DNA from: Octopus sinensis
Taxonomy: Eukaryota
Assembly: GCF_006345805.1 (NCBI RefSeq)
Contig: NC_043013.1
Location: 3,968,001 to 4,032,000, forward strand
Direction: 5' to 3'
DNA: 64,000 nucleotides
Of the stretch, positions 55,250 through 64,000 are shown piece after piece. The position numbers were made by a program, and so were the translations under genes. Under the pieces are notes generated by a model. It was not told where the DNA came from. It saw nothing but the letters and a program-made list of their open reading frames with translations, and did not search any database. The first letter of the stretch is position 1; every line of letters starts with the position of its first letter.

Positions 55250-55471
55250 TCCTTTCAAAATTCCTATTTTGTTATTCCCTCATTCACTTGTATAGGATGA
55301 ACTATGGAAAACGTTAGAGAATGAAACCGAGATAAAGATATTTAAATCAAAACTTTTCACGGACCCTTAAAATACTACTGTGGACCTCCAATTTACTATT
55401 TTACTAGTTTGGACCCCGAAAATCTTATATGGATCCCCCGTGCTCATATGGACCCTGATTGAGAACCACTG
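55250..55471 (+). mobile_element. hAT (Charlie-like) non-autonomous element, right end
   Basis: Subterminal GGACCC repeats and terminus TTGAGAACCACTG followed by CTCTAAAT. Confidence 0.6.
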
Positions 55472-55990
55472 CTCTAAATGTTCGTAATCGTGGTACCTAG
55501 CCACTTTTATGATTCTCTATCAAGGGTTGAGCACGTCTAAATAACGAAACAAAAGACGAAGAAACTTCAACCGTGAAGCCGGTAGTCTAACACAAGATGA
55601 CGGCGAGCCTTGTATTAATATTATATGTAAAAAGCACCTTTAATTGTCTTTGAAAAATTAGAACTACAGTTTAAGCCTTTCAGTGTAATCATGTTATCAA
55701 TATGAAACAGAATGTTAAAGCTGCTGGTGAAGGATGGACTGCAGGGAAGTTAGAAACATAGTGAATAATGAAAATGGTAAAAGAAATATTTTTAGAGGAA
55801 GTGATTAAAGAGGGAAGGAAAATTTGTGAGTGGAAATTATCTAAAATGGAAGGAACCTAGTTGATGCGAGAAGGAAAATTGCAGTTTGTACTCAGTCACC
55901 TTTTGTGAAGGACATGAGCGGTCTGATTTGAACATCCTGTTCTATACGAGTGTCTGTGAAATTTCTGTAGTTGGTATTAGCGGCTGGGGT

Positions 55991-56324
55991 GGAGGCGCAA
56001 TGGCCCAGTGGTTAGGGCAGCGAACTCGCGGTCATAGGATCGCGGTTTCGATTCCCAGACCGGGCGTTGTGAGTGTTTATTGAGCGAAAACACCTAAAGC
56101 TCCACGAGGCTCCGGCAGGGGATGGTGGTGATCCCTGCTGTACTCTTTCCCCACATCCTTTTCTCACTCTTACTTCCTGTTTCTGTTGTACCTGTATTTC
56201 AAAGGGCCGGCCTTGTCACTCTCTGTGTCACGCTGAATATCCCCGAGAACTACGTTAAGGGTACACGTGTCTGTGGAGTGCTCAGCCACTTACACGTTAA
56301 TTTCACGAGCAGGCTGTTTTTTTT
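55991..56324 (+). mobile_element. SINE family C, 3'-truncated, ends in oligo-T
   Basis: 12-bp TSD TTAGCGGCTGGG at 55977-55988 and 56325-56336. Confidence 0.88.
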
Positions 56325-57263
56325 TTAGCGGCTGGGTATAAAACATTGCACACTATGGAATTAACGACACTGTCGCAAACAGTTTCAACCGGGAAAACAA
56401 CGAGATTGTTAATAGATTGAGGGACATAACCAAAAGAAACCAGTTGATATCTTTGTTGCTGTTGTATTTGGCGTTATTAATGTTTGTGATAGTTGATGCC
56501 ACTAACGATTGAAATGATTCACGCTGAAGGTGCCAATAACTGATCATAATAATTCTTCCTATTATAGACAAAAGGCCTAAAATTTTTTGCGAGAGGTCAG
56601 TCAATTTCATCGACCCCAGTGGTACATATTTTATCGACCATGAAAGGATGAAAGGCAAAGTCGACCTTGGTAGAATTTGAATTCCGAGCATGGACACAGA
56701 CGAAAACACAGTTAAGCATTTTGCCCAGCAAACAGTTGATAATACTACGTCTTATAATTTAAATTTTGGCAGTCGGAAACGGCACGGAAGCCCGCAATTT
56801 GTATGCATGCTTGTAGATATGTAGCTGGAAAAAATGGCGCTAAGCAATTTGTCCGACGCACTAACGATTCTGCCGTCTCGCTGCCTTGCATATATTACAG
56901 TCTCATGACACCTCGTTTGCCAAATGGTTTAGTACCAGAGAGTCGAGAAAACAATCTGCGTAATCGTCAGAAATTGCTGGAAAGACTCAACGCTTTGATA
57001 TGAAATCAATTAATAGGCTGGTTGTTATGAGACTATTAATAATCCTTTCTACTATAGGCACAAAGCCTGAAATTTGTGGGGACTAGTCGATCACATCGAC
57101 CCCGGCGTTTCTCTGTTAGTTAATTTATCGACCTCGAAAGGATGAATGGTAAAGTCGACCTCGGCAGAATTTGAACTCATAACGCAGCGACAGACGAAAT
57201 ACGCTAAGCATTTCACCCGGTGTGCTAACGATTCTGCCCACTCATCGCATTTATGGGACTATT

Positions 57264-57330
<67 letters not shown>

Positions 57331-58616
57331 TATTCACTCTATTCAGCATTAGGAGTACCTGTTTGTTACAGAGATTGAAAATTTGATAACTACATCTACA
57401 CACGTGCATACGCACGCACGCACGCACGTACTCACACACGCACACACTGATATGAGCATGATGTATATACATACATATAATATATATATATATATAGATA
57501 TAGAGAGAGAGAGATTGATAAATACTAGCATACATATGTGTGTGTGTTTGCGCGCGCGCCCACGTGCATAATTACCGCATTATTAGAGTAAGGATAGATT
57601 GCCTTTCCTTAATTTCTCCGGCTCTCTACTTTCAGAATTCAATTCCTGTCTAAGTCAACTTTTCATTTCGGTGTCGATAAATGAAGTACCCATCCTGTAC
57701 TGGGGTGGATCTCTTTCTTTCTGTTTTTTTTTCTCTTAATAAGAAATTAAGTGTGGTCAGACCTCGAGAGTGATGGGCTCCGCGAGGTCTAAAAATACCC
57801 AGGATAAGATGGAGTGTGTGTATATTGGTTTCAAATTTTGGTAGAAAGTCAGAAATTTCGGGGAAGGGGTCAAGTCAATTACATCGAACCCAGTGCTCAA
57901 CTGGTACTTATTTTATCGAACTCGAAACGATGAAAGGTAAAGTCAACCTCAGCGGAATTTCAGCTCAGTACGTAAAGACGAACGAAACGCCGCAAAACTT
58001 GGGTGTGTCTATAATGGATAATAATAATAGTGGTTCTGGCTTGATCACATAGTAAATGTCATGCAATCAAAGGGATCCACATTCTATAGTATTTGACTTT
58101 CTTCATCAAACATAGCCACTAATGCTATGCCATTAGCATAAAGAAACTCTCTGGGGAAATTTACTTTATAAGAATTTGTCTTTATTTTTAGAAAGTTGGA
58201 GAGATATGAAATAAATTGCTTTAACGGTAGATACATTTTTAAATAATATTATGGAGAATATTTTTGTTTGACCAAAACAGGGTAACTGATCCATCATCAT
58301 TGTAAGTGAAGTAACTCATCTGAAACACCAATTAACAAAGTTGCGAGTAAATATCAAAGTGACGCAGAGCAAAGCCTTATTTGGTGCTACAAGGAACTGA
58401 AATGTGTTGGATCTTTGAAACTTCATTTCACTAGAGTTGTATGTTTATGCATCAAGCATGAGTCTCGACGGTTCGGTCAATATTGTGGTGATATGTTATA
58501 AAACGGCCAGTTAGCCAGCTCGTCATCTATATATAGCAGAAGTTGACTCTTTGCTATAGCATGTTAGTAGGCATAGAATTTTTCTGTTTTCCATTAATTT
58601 CATACATAAGCACACA

Positions 58617-58660
58617 TACTAACACTCACACTAATTAATTATTTCATCCAACAGGTAAGT
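58617..58660 (+). promoter_or_regulatory. Candidate recursive splice site (branch point plus CAG|GTAAGT)
   Basis: TACTAAC 58617-58623, AG-free spacer, TTATTTCATCCAACAG|GTAAGT with junction at 58654/58655. Confidence 0.55.
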
Positions 58661-59725
58661 TTTAAATTGCATCTCTCACTACCTTGTTCTGTCTCCATTC
58701 AACTGTTTCTCAACCAAAACCTTTCTGTCTGTCATTCTGCCGAGAGACTGCTCTTCGCGACAAGTCAACAGTCTACCTGTGCATCCAACTGTTGGGACAT
58801 CAACTCAAATAGCTCTCTATTTTACTGGCCGTATATCTCACACACCGTTTGTAATAACTTGGTTAAAACGATGTAGTCCGTGTTCATAGATGTACGCTAC
58901 TTATCTCACAGGTGTGACCATTGCAATGACCACCTGATTTAGTTGGTGGAAGGTCATGCTTCAACGGTTGTACTGCGACCGCACATCATTAGAAAGCCAC
59001 TCCAGTATACTGTCTTGACTTGTCACTTGCTTGGAAAGTCTTATTTACTCACAGATGTCTCCGTGTCATGTTCATAAACTTGATTCATACTACTGACACG
59101 GCGCTACTATTTGTCTACCGTTTTAATATGAAAGCGAGCAAGAAAGAAAGAAAGAACGAGTAGTTTCTCATTCCATACATAAGTAAAGGTGTGTATCTGT
59201 ATACAATATGTGTGTTTGAATGTATGTATTTGGGTGAAGAGGTTGGACGAGGAGGGTGCAGACTTAATTGAGAGTGTAAACTTCTTTGTTGGTCGATGAA
59301 TGCTAGTGATCCACTCAAAATCCCGGACCCAGAAGTCAACATGTGTAAACGATAGACTTTCATCAAGGCTGAATATACAAAGTACTTTCAATCAGCGCTG
59401 TCTTATATAAACTCATATATTCACACGCAGAGATAACTACGAATACACACACAAACACACACATGCATACATAACTACAAATGCACAAAAAACATATGCA
59501 CTGATAACTACAAATAAAACAAACAAACACATACATACATAACTACAAATACACACGTGTATGTATAACTACGAATATACACACGCGTATGTATTTAGAA
59601 GTACGGCCTATATATATATATATATTATATATATATATATATTATATATATATATATATACATATATGCTTACGTCTTATGTATGTACATACATACATAC
59701 ATGCATACATACATACATACATACA

Positions 59726-59756
<31 letters not shown>

Positions 59757-60226
59757 ATACGTATATACATGTTTATATATATATATATACATACATATTT
59801 ATGTATGTATATATACCTTCGATTAGCGGTTGTGCTAACCTCATGAAAAGAATGGTTTCACCCAAGGGAATATTGGTACAATACCTAGTATTTTGGGAGA
59901 ATTCAATTCCTTAAAATAATAGGTATTTACCTACACAATCTCATCGTCAATTATCCTGCAAACCCCTTGCCCGAACATATAGCAAGGCAAATCATAAACC
60001 GTATCATTCAGTCTGCTATAATGAATCTATAACCACATATAAAACATCCAAGGGTATATATTTTTCCCCTCTGAAGATTTTATGCTCAGATCATATAAAT
60101 ATAAATTTAATATCTACTTAATCTTTACAGAGTATTAATTGAAACAGCTGTAAAGGATGATGATTAATTTGCTGTTAATAATAAGCAGTTATTAACTCCC
60201 CAATCACTATTTTCTTTTTCTTCATT

Positions 60227-60264
<38 letters not shown>

Positions 60265-60272
<8 letters not shown>

Positions 60273-60445
60273 AAACCAATAGATTCACTTCAACATTAAA
60301 TTTAATTTGTCAAAATATTTTCGTCCGCGAACTGTTCACTGACAAAAATTCGTCACGAAGTTTTGTCAGTGAACAGTTCGCGGACGAAAATATTTTGACA
60401 AATTAAACTTAAATGTTGAAATGAATCGAACGGCTTTTGTGTGTT
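60265..60445. repeat. Near-perfect fold-back palindrome made of two head-to-head hammerhead-bearing repeats
   Basis: Axis at 60354 (TTCG-TCA-CGAA); motifs at 60306-60346 (-) and 60362-60402 (+). Confidence 0.9.
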
Positions 60446-60600
60446 TCTTAAATATGCTTACAAACACCTTTCACGCTGCAATTGTTTTCATTCCAGCACC
60501 GATCTCAGATCAAGTCACTCGCTATGCAAGTACATCTCCGTAATATATATATATATAGGTATGTATGTATGTATATATATATATATATATATATAATATA

Positions 60601-60633
<33 letters not shown>

Positions 60634-60644
60634 ATATATATATC

Positions 60645-60677
<33 letters not shown>

Positions 60678-60849
60678 GTATAAATATATATATATATATA
60701 TATATACACTTTTACTCTTTTACTTCTTTCAGTCATTTGACTGCGGCCATGCTGGAGCACCGCCTTTAGTCGAGAAAATCTACCCCAAGACTTATTCTTT
60801 GTAAGCTTAGTTCTTATTCTATCTTATTGCTAGAAAGTGGATTTACTTT

Positions 60850-61310
60850 CTAGCAATTTTATAGAGTATTATTAGCAGGAAGATTGTCGACATTCTTAGG
60901 TAAGCGCTGGACGTCGTCGAAAACAAACTGGCTAGTCTGTTCTGGACAACTTCCAGATCGGATATCATGTTGGATAATTTCCAAAAATACTGGATCGGAT
61001 AGTTACCAGTAAAGTCGACACGATATGGAGTTGCCATTAGATAGGCTAGTCCTTAATATGCGCAGAGCGAAGAAAGCGGCCTACACGCACGAGTTCAGTA
61101 TTAGGACATTGCTGAATTGTGGAGTTTGTCGAATAGCTGTTCTAGCATGTAGGATGCTTTTATCTCACATCCGAGTCCATCGAAATGATTAGTTCTCAGC
61201 ACCTCTGTTAACCTAGCAGGGAATGCAGTTTTTATAGTGAAAGAGGTTGTTTGGACAGACTCTGAGAACAGAATCACTTTTGGCAGAAACTCCATATCCA
61301 CTTTTTCAAG
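60850..61310 (-). mobile_element. Decayed CR1/L2-like LINE RT end
   Basis: ISDLEVVQNRLASL resembles the IxxLExVQRR motif after RT. Confidence 0.35.
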
Positions 61311-61824
61311 TTACATTTGAAAAGGAATGAAAGGGTGGGGGAGGAAGCTGTTGTTCCCGAGTGAATTTGTTGAAATGTAAGTTAGGGTGGATGGGAGGGT
61401 CACTCAAATTAAAAACCTGTAAAGCCAGAGAACGATTTTAGCATTTATTTCAGTATTACAGTTTGGCACTTGGCTTATTGATTTCTGTAAAACCTCAAGA
61501 TTAGATACATAAATAAACATAACGTAAACAACTAATTTTTTTTTGCGTGTGCAAACACCACGAGAGATAATAATGATAAGCACAGATACATGAACAGCAA
61601 TATTTTCACACACATACGTTTGCACTTTTCATACGTACATAAATAAACATAAATATCGCGCACATACTTGTATCTATATGTGTGTATGTGTGTGTCTGTG
61701 TGCGCATGTGTGTGTCTGTGTGCGCATGTGTGTGTCTGTGTGCGCGCGCATGTGTGTATTTGTGCACAAATATAATATCTATCAGGCATATGTATACGCA
61801 TATGAGGACATATGAGTATACACG

Positions 61825-61858
<34 letters not shown>

Positions 61859-62441
61859 TATATATATATATATATAATATAGATATATATTATATATATA
61901 TATAATATATATATAATATATATATATATTATATATATATTATATATATTAATATATATTATATATATATATAGATATATAATATATATTATATATATAT
62001 ATAATATAATATCATATATATAATAATATATATAATATATATATATAATAATAATATAATATATATAATAATATATAATAATATATATATATATTATATA
62101 TATGTATATATATATTATATATATATGTATGTATACATGTGTCTGTCTGTGTATGTGTGTGTGTGTGTGACTGTGCTTAGTCTAGTGGTGATGCTGGGCA
62201 CCACGATCGCCATACCGTGGCTTGAATTCCTGACTGGGTGACGCGTTGTGTCCTTGAGCAAAACACTTCGCTTCATGTTGCTCCAATCCCACTTTCGATC
62301 AGGGGTTAAATTTGGGCCTGCTCCCTTAGCCAGCTAGATGACGTCATTTGAAGGGTAAAAACAACGCAAAGAACGCACTGTGACAGCGATGTATAACGAC
62401 ATCTGATAATCTGGTCGTTCACGTGATCACGTGATATATAT

Positions 62442-62490
<49 letters not shown>

Positions 62491-62507
62491 GTATGTATAT
62501 GTATATA

Positions 62508-63620
62508 CAAGGGTTGGACAAAATAATGGAAACACCTAGCGTCATAGCATCATAATTTTGAAATATCTATAAAACCATCAAAAGCTTGTTTATTTTTATG
62601 TTTTTTGATTTTTTATTTGGGTTGCTTAATATGTTTTGCTAAAATTGCTGTTTCTTTTCAGATATCATCAGAAAAAAGGTAATTAAAATTCATTAAAATG
62701 ACAGATCTTTCAGACTTTCAAAGAGGTCAAATTGTTGGTCCTCGTATGGCAGGCGGTAGCGTAACGAATACAGCTGAAATGTTTGGTGTATCAAGAAGTG
62801 CTGTCTCGAAAGTAATGACAGCCTTTGAGAAAATTGAAAAAAACCTCCTCGCCGAAACAAAACTCCAGAAGAAACCAAAACTTTCGGATAGGGATCGTCG
62901 GACTCTTACGCGAATTGTTAAAAAGGATCACAAAAGTACATCGCCCAAAAGTACTGCAGAGGTTAATGACCACCTCGAGAACTTAGTTTCCACAAAAACA
63001 GTTCACCTGGAGCTGTACAAAGCCGGATTTCATGGGAGGGCTGCAATCAGAAAACCGCTACTTTCAAAAGCAAATGTTGCAAAGCGTTTAGAGTGGAGTA
63101 AAAACCTACAGAATTGGTCCCTAGAGCAGTGGATGAATGATATTTTCTCGGACGAGTCATCGTTTCCCTTATTTCCGACTGGCCGAGTATATGTGTGGAG
63201 ACAGCGAAAAGAAGCATTTGACACAGACTCCTTTCTTCCAGCTGTTGAACATGTGGGAAGCTCTGTGATGATCTGGGGTGGGTGTGGGGCTTTATCTTGG
63301 GAATCTGCCGACCCAATGGTTTCCCTTCATGGCAGAATTAATAGTCAAGACTATTTAAGCTTTTTATCTAATCAAATTCATCCTGTGGTTGTAGAACTGC
63401 TTCCAGAAGGAAGCGCAATCTTTCAAGATGATAATGCACCAATTCACACAGCTAAAGTTGTTACTGTGGACAAAAATTCCCTTGGAAACAATTCAAACTT
63501 CGTATGAATCCATACCTCGTAGAATTCAAGCTGTAATTACTGCCGAAGGCAGTCCTACTCCATAGTAAAATAAATTTGTTTGAAATTTTAAGGTGTTTCC
63601 ATTATTTTGTCCAACCCCTG
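62508..63620 (+). mobile_element. Tc1-like (DD36E family) transposon with internal deletion
   Basis: TIRs CArGGGTTGGACAAAATAATGGAAACACC; same family as 7946-9183. Confidence 0.92.
62698..63507 (+). pseudogene. Truncated Tc1-family transposase (269-aa ORF)
   Basis: MTDLSDFQRGQIVG HTH, GRAAIRKPLL, FSDESSF, GSSVMIWG, FQDDNAPIH; the SPDLNIIE catalytic segment is deleted. Confidence 0.88.
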
Positions 63621-63624
63621 CATA

Positions 63625-64000
63625 TCTACTACATATGTTGGAAATTCTATCTGTGGGTGTGTTTGCGGAGTTGTTACCTAACTCCTCCTACATCGTTTCA
63701 TCGATTTTGAGGAAACTTGACATGTGAGTGGAACTCATGTCTGAAAACCTCATGGCATACTCAGATTGTTAAAAACATCGATAATTACAAATCAGCGTTC
63801 AATTGAAAAAAATCAATAGGAGCTTTGAATGGGAATTTCCATAAGGAAGATATTTTTTTGCATTAACTTTTGCATTTCTCGACCGATTCTCTTCAAATTT
63901 GCGATACAGGTGGCAAATGTTATGAGGATGACTATTAAGGAAGATATTTTACTTAGAATGTAAGGAGAGGACAAAAAGCTGCATAAAAACGATTACTCTC
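63625..64000 (+). mobile_element. Probable non-autonomous Helitron-type element (runs off window)
   Basis: TCTATCTGTGGGTGTGTTTG..AACTCCTCC..CGTTTCATCGATTTTGAGGAAACTTG and CGACCGATTCTCTTCAAATTTG motifs. Confidence 0.45.

Overview
AT-rich, microsatellite-dense eukaryotic genomic DNA. The SINE repertoire and TTAGGG-containing elements point to an octopus (inference). No complete host protein-coding gene is visible, and most listed ORFs are translations of simple repeats. The window is a transposon graveyard: at least four tRNA-derived SINE families; decayed Tx1/L1-like, RTE, R4/Dong, CR1/L2-like and Penelope retroelements; Tc1/mariner elements (DD34D, DD37D and an unusual DD36E); a hAT zf-BED 5' fragment; Helitron/Helentron-type elements; and three copies of an 8-bp-TSD MITE carrying telomeric TTAGGG repeats. 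The most notable signals are non-coding. (1) Many minimal type-I hammerhead-ribozyme-like motifs sit in short Penelope-type repeats, including a family whose core GUGAACA carries a compensatory G3:C8 swap; two copies of it form a near-perfect head-to-head fold-back at 60265-60445. (2) A textbook recursive-splice-site motif (TACTAAC ... CAG|GTAAGT) lies at 58617-58660 and, with a candidate ATG-ending exon at 2741-2805, suggests the window may lie inside a giant plus-strand intron. All family assignments come from motif recognition; no database search was run.
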